From contig OX597841.1 in NCBI GenBank assembly GCA_951406725.2, forward strand, positions 25,854,001 to 25,918,000: a stretch of DNA of 64,000 nt, in the 5' to 3' direction. Position 1 is the first letter of the stretch. Each line of letters begins with the position of its first letter. Under the pieces are notes generated by a model. It saw only the letters and a list, made by a program, of their open reading frames with translations. It was not told where the DNA came from and did not search any database. Of this stretch, positions 1-11,009 are shown one piece after another. The position numbers and the translations under genes were made by a program. This DNA comes from Octopus vulgaris. Taxonomy: Eukaryota.

Positions 1-613
1 GTGGCCGTTGCCAGCGCCGCCCCGACTGGCCTCGTGCTGGTGACACGTAGAAAGCACCATCCGTTTGTGGCCCTTGCCAGCGCCGCCTCGACTGGCCTCA
101 ACCGGTGGCACGTAAAAAGCACTATCCGTTCATGGCCGTTGCCAGCGCCGCCCCGACTGGCCTCGTGCTGGTGACACGTAGAAAGCACCATCCGTTTGTG
201 GCCCTTGCCAGCGCCGCCTCGACTGGCCTCGACCGGTGGCACGTAAAAAGCACCATCCGTTCGTGGCCGTTGCCAGCGCCGCCCCGACTGGCCTCGTGCC
301 GGTGACACGTAGAAACCACCATCCGTTTGTGGCCCTTGCCAGCGCCGCCCCGACTGGCCTTGACCGGTGGAACGTAAAAAGCACCATCCGACCGTGGCCG
401 TTTGCCAGACTTGTCTTGCACCTGTGCCGGTGGCACGTAAAAAGCACCCACTACACTCATGGAGTGGTTGGCGTTAGGAAGGGCATCCAGTCGTAGAAAC
501 ATTGCCAGATCAGACTGGTCCTGGTGCAGCCTTCTGGCTTCCCAGACCCCAGTTGGACCGTCCAACCTGTGCTTGCATGGAAAGTGGACTCTAAACGATG
601 ATGATGATGATGA

Positions 614-616
<3 letters not shown>
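1..616 (+). mobile_element. Family B retroposon (SINE-like) 3' part with internal 131-bp dimer repeat and (GAT)n tail; truncated by window start
   Basis: ggccgttgccagc recurs at 3, 134, 265. The array is followed by the family body ggagtggttggcgttaggaagggcatccag...aaacgatgatgat, also seen at 13.2, 19.5, 23.0, 36.5 and 57.9 kb. Confidence 0.8.
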
Positions 617-689
<73 letters not shown>

Positions 690-964
690 GTACATGGTTG
701 TGTGGTAAGTAGTTTGCTTCTCAACCACTTGGCCCCTTGAGCAAGTGTCTTCTACTACATCCTTGGGATGACCAAAGCCTTGTGAATGGATTTGGTAAAT
801 TATGGGGATGCAAAGGAGGTGCTCCAGCTTGGCCACAGTCAAATGACTGAAACAAATAAACAAATAAAAGTGTGTGTGTATATGTGTAAATGTATATGAA
901 TGTACGTAAACACATAGGTGTGTGTTTTTACACACATATATATATATATATACACATACACATA

Positions 965-1375
965 GGTGCAGGAATGGCTGTGTGGTAAGTAGCTTGCTAA
1001 CCAACCACATGGTTCTGGGTTCAGTCCCACTGCGTGGCATCTTGGGCAAGTGTCTTCTGCTATAGCCCCGGGCCGACCAATGCCTTGTGAGTGGATTTGG
1101 TAGACGGAAACTGAAAGAAGCCTGTCGTATATATGTATATATATACATATATGTGTGTGTGTGTTTGTGTGTCTGTGTTTGTCCCCCTAGCATTGCTTGA
1201 CAACCGATGCTGGTGTGTTTACGTCCCCGTCACTTAGCGGTTCGGCAAAAAGAGACTGATAGAATAAGTACTGGGCTTACAAAGAATAAGTCCCGGGGTC
1301 GATTTGCTCGACTAAAAGGCGGTGCTCCAGCATGGCCACAGTCAAATGACTGAAACAAGTAAAAGAGTAAAGAGT
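965..1375 (+). mobile_element. Family A tRNA-derived SINE, full length
   Basis: Pol III A-box-like tggctgtgtgg, B-box-like ggttcagtccc, central (TA)/(TG) tract, 3' end gactgaaacaagtaaaagagt. Many near-identical copies in the window. Confidence 0.85.
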
Positions 1376-1618
1376 AATATATACACACATACACACACCC
1401 ATATATACAAGCATGTATTGTGTTTTCATCTGTCTACTGGTTCTGTGTGGCAGGCAGAAAGGGTTTGAATCAGAGCTATTCAACTGTGACCTTCCGTTTC
1501 AGTGAAATGAACTCATGCGGAACGCAGCTTCACTCTTCCTGCTCCCTCATTCCCTATATTTTTTTTTTACCCTCCACTTCCACCCCACTGTCTCTGTGAG
1601 CTCCTGTGTCTGTCTGTC

Positions 1619-1691
<73 letters not shown>

Positions 1692-1783
1692 GACATATAT
1701 TTATATATATATATATAGACAGACATATATTTATATATATATATATAGACAGACATATATTTATATATATATAGACAGACATA

Positions 1784-1835
<52 letters not shown>

Positions 1836-2016
1836 CATATATATATATATGTATATATACATACGTGTATATATACATATATATGCACATTCACACATAT
1901 CCATATACATGCATACATACATACACACTCATTGACATATATTTACTGACACATGCGCACACATACTCATACATTCACATACATGCATATACACATATAT
2001 ACATACATACATATAT

Positions 2017-2047
<31 letters not shown>

Positions 2048-2108
2048 AACATACACACACACACACACATAGATATTAATATCGATAGGTATGTATATAT
2101 ATATATAT

Positions 2109-2370
2109 ACTCTTTACTCTTTTACTTGTTTCATTCATTTGACTGCTGCCATGCTGGAGCACCGCCTTTAGTCGAGCAAATCGACCCCGGGACTTATTCT
2201 TTGTAAGCCCAGTACTTATTCTATCGGTCTCTTTTGCCGAACCGCTAAGTGACGGGGACGTAAACACACCAGCATCGGTTGTCAAGCAATGCTAGGGGGA
2301 CAAACACAAACACACAAACATATATATATATATATATATATATACGACAGGCTTCTTTCAGTTTCCGTTT
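2109..2370 (-). mobile_element. Family A SINE, 3' portion
   Basis: Reverse complement of the 3' two-thirds of 965-1375. Confidence 0.8.
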
Positions 2371-2668
2371 CTATATATATATATCTACAATTATTCATAG
2401 ATACACACACACACACGCATATATATATATATATATATGTACATACACGTGCACACAAATTGACAAAGTCTGAGATTAAAAGCCTCTCCCTCCTTCTTCC
2501 CCCATCCCCGACCCCAACATTACTTCTTCCAGACACAAATGATGTTTGGTGACTCTGACTTGTATGTCTGAATACAGAATCTTATCACTCCGTGCCGCCT
2601 CTCTCCTCTGTCTCCGTCTCCATCTCGAGTTCCCTTTTCTTTCCGATAGTTTTGCTCATGTGTATGCA

Positions 2669-2700
<32 letters not shown>

Positions 2701-2825
2701 AGCGAGTGAGTGCATATGTATGTGTGTGTGTGTGAACAAGGAAGCATGACCCGGTGAGACAGGGAACAGGACCGGACATGAAAATTCTAGTTGTAAAGTT
2801 AATAGGTATTCCGCAGCAAAGTAGC

Positions 2826-3312
2826 AATAATAATAATAATAATAATAATGAGCTTCTCTGCCCTAGGTGTATGGAAAACACTCGGCGAGAAACGGAAGAA
2901 AATTTGAAGAAAGAATGAAAAATAATAATAATAATAATAATAATAATGAGCTTCTCTGCCCTAGGTGTATGGAAAACACTCGGCGAGAAACGGAAGAAAA
3001 TTTGAAGAAAGAATGAAAAATAATAATAATAATAATAATAATAATGAGCTTCTCTGCCCTAGGTGTATGGAAAACACTCGGCGAGAAACGGAAGAAAATT
3101 TGAAGAAAGAATGAAAAATAATAATAATAATAATAATAATAATGAGCTTCTCTGCCCTAGGTGTATGGAAAACACTCGGCGAGAAACGGAAGAAAATTTG
3201 AAGAAAGAATGAAAAATAATAATAATAATAATAATAATAATGAGCTTCTCTGCCCTAGGTGTATGGAAAACACTCGGCGAGAAACGGAAGAAAATTTGAA
3301 GAAAGAATGAAA

Positions 3313-3345
<33 letters not shown>
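2826..3345. repeat. Perfect 98-bp tandem repeat x5 (71-bp core plus (AAT)9)
   Basis: gagcttctctgccctagg starts at 2850, 2948, 3046, 3144, 3242. Confidence 0.95.
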
Positions 3346-3346
<1 letters not shown>

Positions 3347-3350
3347 TATA

Positions 3351-3512
3351 GGCGCAGGAGTGGCTGTGTGGTAAGTAGCTTGTTTACCAACCACATGGTT
3401 GCAGGTTCAGTCCCACTGCGTGGCACCTTGGGCAAGTATCTTCTACTATAGCCTCAGGCCGATCAAAGCATTGTGAGTGGATTTGGTAGATGGAAACTGA
3501 AAGAAGCCCGTC

Positions 3513-3558
<46 letters not shown>

Positions 3559-3775
3559 TTGTGTGTCTGTGTTTGTCCCCCTAGCATTGCTTGACAACCG
3601 ATGCTGTTGTGTTTATGTCCCCGTTACTTTGCGGTTCGGCAAAAGAGACTGATAGAATAAGTACTGGGCTTACAAAAGAACAAGTCCCGGGTCGAGTTGC
3701 TCAATTAAAGGCGGTGCTCCAGCATGGCCACAGTCATATGACTGAAACAAGTAAAAGAGTAAAAGAGAGTAAAGA

Positions 3776-3777
<2 letters not shown>
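3351..3777 (+). mobile_element. Family A SINE, full length
   Basis: ggcgcaggagtggctgtgtggtaagtagc head through the aaaagagtaaagagt tail. Confidence 0.85.
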
Positions 3778-3811
<34 letters not shown>

Positions 3812-4318
3812 GCCCTGATGCAGTACCAGGCAGTGGTTCTCGTGGCTTCTGATCTTAACTGATTGGAAGTGTTATCATGTACATTGTTTTGTCTTGGTAT
3901 AAAAGATGGGCTACAGCAAATATTCTGCTCAATACCACAGATTTGCTTGTCAGTTGTTTGACCTTAACCAGTTGAGCATGTCCCTTATTGGCTAACGATA
4001 TATGCATCTCTGATCACGAGCAGAAGTAGTGGGGGAGCATCATAGCCATGTGTTGAGAGGGATTCTTTGGGCTTTGAATAATTCACCTCCGGAAACATGG
4101 GTGTTTCGTTCAACATCACTGCTTGACAACTGGTGTTGGTGTGTTTACATCCCTGTAACTTAGTGGTTCGACAATAGAGGCTGATAGAATAATTAACAGG
4201 CTTTGAAAAAAAAACAAGTACTGGGATCGATTCCTTCAACTAAAAATTCCTCGAGATGATGCCCCAGCATGGCCACAGTCTGATGACTGAAACAAGTAAA
4301 AGATAAAAAAACACAATA

Positions 4319-4722
4319 GGCGCAGGAGTGGCTGTGTGGTAAGTAGCTTGCTAACCAACCACATGGTTCCGGGTTCAGTCCCACTGCGTGGCACCTTGGG
4401 CAAGTGTCTTCTGCTATAGCCCCGGGCCGACCAATGCCTTGTGAGTGGATTTGGTAGACGGAAACTGAAAGAAGCCTGTCGTATATATATGTATATATAT
4501 ATAAGTGTGTGCGTGTGTTTTTGTGTGTCTGTGTTTGTCCCCCTAGCATTGCTTGACAACCGATGCTGGTGTGTTTACGTCCCCGTCACTTAGCGGTTCG
4601 GCAAAAGAGACCGATAGAATAAGTACTGGGCTTACAAAGAATAAGTCCCGGGGTCGATTTGCTCGACTAAAGGCAGTGCTCCAGCATGGCCGCAGTCAAA
4701 TGACTGAAACAAGTAAAAGAGT
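4319..4722 (+). mobile_element. Family A SINE, full length (a diverged 3' fragment precedes it at ~4120-4300)
   Basis: Same head, body and tail as the other family A copies. Confidence 0.85.
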
Positions 4723-5380
4723 AAATAGAGATGTGTGTGTGAGTGTGTTAAAAATTATTTGTGTCGGCTGAATCCTTCGAGGTGGTGCTCCAGCATGGCC
4801 ACAGTCAAATGGCTGAAGCCCTTACAAGACGAAAAAATTCCCCGAGTGTTAAGAAGGGTAAGTGATGTAAATAAGGGAGTTAAATCAACCAACCCACCAC
4901 CATCACCATCTTCACCCCCCCTCCCCACCACCACCACCAGAACCAGCACCCTGCCACTACTTCTACCATCACTACCACCATCACCACCACCACCACCACT
5001 ATCGTCATAGCCACCATCACTACCGCCACCACCACCACCAAAACCACCATCACCACCACCACCATCTCCCTGCCACTCCTTCTACCATCACTACCACCAG
5101 AAGCTGGCCACCCTCCTGAAAAATACCCTGTTTCTTATCACCGCCCACAAGGCCCGGCATCACCTCTCCATCACAAACCCTACTTCCCCCCCCCCCCCCG
5201 CCGTTTACTGCTCCCAACAACCCACTTCACCATACCCCCCCCACCGACATCTCTCTCCCTGCGTACTACATGGTCCCTAATGGGAAATTGCTGAACTGTG
5301 GAAATGTTTAGGATGTGGGGCTGGGTGTTGGTGGACAGGAGGATTAAGATCTCTGTATGCATGTGTGTGTGTGTGCGTGC

Positions 5381-5456
<76 letters not shown>

Positions 5457-5609
5457 ATATATATATTTATATTCATAAATATATTTTTACATATATATAT
5501 GTATATTCATATAAATATATATATATATATACATATATTTATATACATATATTTATATTCATATATATATATACACACACATATATATGTTTATATATAT
5601 TGATATATA

Positions 5610-5650
<41 letters not shown>

Positions 5651-5791
5651 GTATACATACATACATATATATGTAAGTCAATATATATATATATAGGGAT
5701 ATGTGTATAAATATGTATATAGAGATGTGAGTATAAATATGCATACATACATGTATATATCAGTTTCTGTATATTTATATATGTATATATA

Positions 5792-5832
<41 letters not shown>

Positions 5833-5835
5833 TAT

Positions 5836-5872
<37 letters not shown>

Positions 5873-5945
5873 CACATATATATGCAAATGAATTATTGAA
5901 AGTCATGTTTTCTAGAATGCTAAGATCTTCTATGAATGTATATCC

Positions 5946-5998
<53 letters not shown>

Positions 5999-6287
5999 TA
6001 TGAAGTGTGTGTATGCATATATTAATTTTGATGCTTGTGTATATGAACACACACACACACACATATGTACACACATCAACAAGTGTATAAATCTATTGTA
6101 ACAAACTGTATCAATATATATCATGTTTAATATAACAGCAGTATGTTGAATGTTCAATAGGCATACATATTTTCTATGTATGTGTATAGAATTGTATATA
6201 TGAATGTATGTGTGTATGTACATTTGCCTGTATGAAGTATGTATGTATGTATATATGTATGTTGGTATGTGTGTGGGTGTGTATGTA

Positions 6288-6713
6288 TACTCTTTACTCT
6301 TTACCCTTTTACTTGTTTCAGTCATTTGACTGCGGCCATGCTGGAGCACCGCCTTTAGTCGAGCAAATCGACCCCGGGATTTATTCTTTGTAAGCCCAGT
6401 ACTTATGCTATCGGTCTCTTTTGCCGAACCGCTAAGTGACGGGGACGTAAACATACCAGCATCAGTTGTCAAGCAATGCTAGGGGAACAAACACAAACAC
6501 ACAAACATATACACACACAAACATATATATATATATATATACATATATACGACAGGCTTCTTTCAGTTTCCGTCTACCAAATCCACTCACAAGGCATTGG
6601 TCGGCCCGAGGCTATAGCAGAAGACACTTGCCCAAGATGCCACGCAGTGGGACTGAACCCGGAACCATGTGGCTGGTTAGCAAGCTACTTACCACACAGC
6701 CACTCCTGTGCCT
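6288..6713 (-). mobile_element. Family A SINE, full length
   Basis: Reverse complement of the family A consensus. Confidence 0.85.
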
Positions 6714-6904
6714 GTATGTATATATTTATGTATGTATGTGGGTATGAATATATTATGTATGTATGTACATCAGTAAGCAAGGTACTTACCTTTCACAGTA
6801 CCTCTTTTAGAAGATACTAGAATGATTAGCAACAGAAACAGTGTGGTAGATAGATACCCTGAATAGGTTTGCAAATAGGGATTTTTCTGTCTGGTGAAGG
6901 TCTT

Positions 6905-7195
6905 ATCTTGACTTGACTTGACTTGAGACAGCATCCACCCGGGGTGGGTTGAGCTGGCTTCATTCATCCTCAATGCTGCATCTCTCACAAATGCTGACCA
7001 GGCCTGGCGATTTGAGGCTAACGACCACGTGATCTCCAACCACTCCCTATTCCAGTAGTGAACGGCGTAGATATGGTTGGGTTCCAGATCAGCCTTGACT
7101 GTCATCAGCCAGGTTTTTTGTTATCCACTACATCGCTTTCGCCAAACCTGAAGGGGAGCTGGGGCAATTGCTTCGTAGATGCAGCTCCTTCATAG
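6905..7195 (-). pseudogene. 3' end of an RTE-clade LINE (decayed ORF C-terminus plus (CAAGT)n tail)
   Basis: Minus strand reads QVWRKRCSG*QKTWLMTVKADLEP...WNREWLEITWSLASNRQAWSAFVRD, like the RTE C-terminal W-R-R-GGQ..TW / LA.DR.AW motifs. In-frame stop; short tandem tail tcaagtcaagtcaag. Confidence 0.65.
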
Positions 7196-7427
7196 TATGA
7201 CGGGGTATCAAAAAGTACCCGGACTAGTCATGTTTCATAAAAAGTAACTTATTTTCTTAAGTTCTAACGATATACTTGCCCCAATGTTCCTTCCACTTTT
7301 GGAATCCATCCTGGAAGTTGTTTTCCGTAAGCAAGTCGAAGACCTTCTGTGATTCACCCTGGATCTCGATAACAGTGTTAAAATGGTGATCAGTGAGCTG
7401 CATTTTTATCTTTGGGAAGAGCTGGAG
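7196..7427 (-). mobile_element. Mariner transposon remnant (transposase C-terminus plus one TIR)
   Basis: Minus strand reads LFPKIKMQLTDHHFNTVIEIQGESQKVFDLLTENNFQDGFQKWKEHWGKYI, a typical mariner post-D34D C-terminus. TIR-like tatgacggggtatcaaaaagtacccggac at the left end. Confidence 0.75.
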
Positions 7428-7507
7428 CAGTTCTATATTTAAGAGATGAGGAATTATGTACATTATTTACCATTGACAGATATTTCTCCTCATCTTGTTT
7501 GTTGTTA

Positions 7508-7548
7508 ACACGTTTCAGCTGATATACCCGCCAGCCTTCATCAGGTGT
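7508..7548 (-). ncRNA. Degenerate type I hammerhead ribozyme motif in a ~170-bp Penelope-like element (7428-7600)
   Basis: Minus strand ACAC-CTGATGA-A-GGCTG-(10 nt)-CAGCT-GAAAC-GTGT. Stems I and II are present, but the NUH cleavage triplet is missing. Confidence 0.6.
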
Positions 7549-7786
7549 CTTGGGGAAATTTGGAACCTGGGTTCTCATTCCTAAGGTATTTTTTGATGAT
7601 GATAATGATGATGATGTTGTTGTTGTTGTTATTGTTCAGTTCACCGATGCTGTTGTGTTTATGTCCCCGTCACTTAGCAGTTCGGCAAAATAGACCAATA
7701 GAATAAGTACAGGGCTTACAAAGAATAAGTCCTGGGGTCAATTTGCTCGACTAATGACTGAATGACTGAAACAAGTAAAAGAGTAA

Positions 7787-7789
<3 letters not shown>

Positions 7790-7836
<47 letters not shown>

Positions 7837-8058
7837 TATATATATGTATATATATGGATTTGTGTATATCTATTTGTGTGTGCTTGTGTAAGTGTAAAGC
7901 TATATAAACCTATGTATGTGTGAACACTTATGTGTATGTATGCATATATAATACATACACAACCATATACATACCATGTACACATATATCTATATATACA
8001 AAAGATAAAGTGTGTGTGTGTGTGTGCATTATATATATATAATACCCACTTATACATA

Positions 8059-8099
<41 letters not shown>

Positions 8100-8126
8100 A
8101 TATATATATGTGTATATATATATGTG

Positions 8127-8158
<32 letters not shown>

Positions 8159-8191
8159 AACGGACGCTAAATGATGATGATGATGATGATG

Positions 8192-8244
<53 letters not shown>

Positions 8245-8388
8245 TGCATGTATATATATGCATGTATGTATATGTATATATATATATATATGCATGTATA
8301 TATATGCATGTATGTATATGTATATATATATATATATGCATGTATATATATGTATGTATGTATATGTATGTATATATATATATGTATG

Positions 8389-8428
<40 letters not shown>

Positions 8429-8434
8429 TGTATG

Positions 8435-8489
<55 letters not shown>

Positions 8490-8871
8490 TATACAAATAC
8501 TTGTATGTATGTGTAGACATAAGCACACACTCACATAAACGTACACGCAGACCATACAGCACACATGCACACGGATACAAACCCACAGATGTGTGTGTGT
8601 GTGTGAGCGTGTGTGTATGCAAATGTCAGCAAACACCGATTCTTGGTGTCCACAAGACCATGTAAAGTCTACATCTTCTCGGCTGATTGGTCAAAAAGGT
8701 TTCTCTTCCTCTTCATCTTTCCTCACCGCCTCACAAACCCTTCTTTCTAATCACTGTTAAGTTAGGCTCCCTGCTTATGCACACATATACATACATACAT
8801 ACATATACAAGCACACACACACACATATATATACACACTCACATATGTATATGTACACAAATATATATATA

Positions 8872-8938
<67 letters not shown>

Positions 8939-8949
8939 TATATATAAAA

Positions 8950-8987
<38 letters not shown>

Positions 8988-9506
8988 TATATGTATATAT
9001 ATATATATATATATACATATATATGTATATGTATATATATGTATATATATACATATATATGTATATGTATATATATGTATATATATACATATATATGTAT
9101 ATGTATATATATGTATATATATATATATGTATATGCATATATATGTATATGTATACATATATATGTATATGTATATATATGTATATATATGTATATATAT
9201 ACATATATATGTGTATGTATATATATTATATATGTGTGTATACATATTTATATGTATATATATACATATATATATATATACGTGTATATATATACATATA
9301 TATATATACGTGTATATATATTTATATGTATATATATACATATATATGTATATATATATATATACGTGTGTTTATGTATATATTTGTGTGTGTGTATATA
9401 TATATGTGTGTGTGTGTGTGTTGAATGAAAAACAAGAAAGACTTCAAAATACAGGCATGTAGACAAGGTAAAACAGTCTGTAGACATTTACACATACACA
9501 CATATT

Positions 9507-9546
<40 letters not shown>

Positions 9547-9577
9547 CATACATATGAATAACTATATATATATATAC

Positions 9578-9624
<47 letters not shown>

Positions 9625-9631
9625 TGATAAC

Positions 9632-9665
<34 letters not shown>

Positions 9666-9745
9666 CACACACAAGCATATATATATAAACACACACACAA
9701 ACACAAATATATATATGTATATATATATATGTATATATATATATA
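7790..9745. repeat. Long compound (TA)/(TG)/(CA) microsatellite field
   Basis: Near-continuous alternating purine-pyrimidine sequence, with a short unique island at ~8630-8775. Confidence 0.9.
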
Positions 9746-10467
9746 AGGGAGCTATATCGAAAGCTGAAATTTAAAAAATAAGAACATCAGAAAAAGAATA
9801 AATATTTCATCTGAAAGTGAAAGTAGAGAAGGGGAGGAGGAGAGTTGAAGGCAGAGGGCAGATGGATGTGAGGAGAGTACAAGCGGAAGGGAGAGTAGAA
9901 AAAAAAATGGCAGGGCAGAGGAAAGGGAGAGTAAAAGAAGAGGCAGGGTTGAGTGCAAGAAGAGGGTGCGGGGCAAGTAAAGGACAACAAAGGAGGTTCT
10001 GTACGTGCTGAAGGAAGTATATGTTTACAAAACAGTGAACAACAACAACAATAATAATAATGATAATGATAATAATAACAACAATAATTATGATAAATAT
10101 TTTTCAGTGAAGTGGTGGTGGTGGTGGTGGTGGTCATGGATATGATTGGATGTTGAACGTTGTAAAGATGGGATCAATAAACAGTGCTAAAACCCCGTAT
10201 TGTGTCGAGAAACAAAATATCAATGAATAAGTATGTAAATAAATAATGGGGGTATATGAATTGTTATATACACTTTGTCAAGGTATGTAGAGGGTAAATA
10301 TTACTGCAGGTGGTAGGGAGGGGCAGGTGGGTATTTGTTGCTGTATATTATTTTATATATGTGTATATATATATATATAGGTGTGTAATGTTTCTTTTTA
10401 ACAAGGATATGTACATGTGTATGTATGTATATATAAGTATGTGTATACCTATGTGTATATATATATA

Positions 10468-11008
10468 CTAGCAGCATAGCCTGGCATTGCCCAGGTATGT
10501 AAGAGCCCCTAGTAGGCAACGACTAATCCCAATCTAGTCCTTTCCCTCTAGGGAACGAAGGCGCATGTGTAGGTTGCAATGTCTTCTGTGTATACGATGT
10601 TCCTAGCTGTCCCTTTGGGGGAAAATGCGATTTCCCAAAATGGCATGATTTTATCGATTTTTTTCTGATGGTAAGGTATTGCATGGAAAACTAACGTCAG
10701 AATTAAGTTTCTTAGGGTAACATTAAGCTTCACCATGAGTTTTGTGAAAATCGATTGCAAGTTGCGAAAACTACCATAGATAATGTGTTGCATATAAAAA
10801 GCTGAGATTCTCGACCCCATGTTGAATTTATCAATTTTCTTCAAAACTGGGGGAACTTTTCAAAATTTTCGCTGCGTTAGTTTTGAATTATGACATTGGG
10901 CTATGTGTGTGTCAAGTTTCATCAGAATCGGTTGAAAGCCGTGGTCAGGGTGAGGGTACAACCTGACAGACACACAGACAGACAAACTGCCGTTTATATA
11001 GAGAGAGA
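10468..11008 (-). mobile_element. Non-autonomous Helitron-type element (family H2)
   Basis: On the minus strand it starts A|TC and ends with hairpin cctgggcaatgccagg then CTAG|T. (GACA)n seed near the 5' end, no TSD. Confidence 0.7.
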
Positions 11009-11009
11009 T

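Noticed and set aside
4236-4771. Recurrent peptides MSSNARGTNT.., MTTDAGVFTSPS.., RQASFSFRLPNPLTRHWSARGYSRR
   Set aside because: Translations of SINE family A on either strand; frames break at the variable microsatellite.
7716-9706. Numerous YI/HT/CV-repeat ORFs here and throughout the window
   Set aside because: Translations of (TA)n, (CA)n and (TG)n, which lack stop codons.
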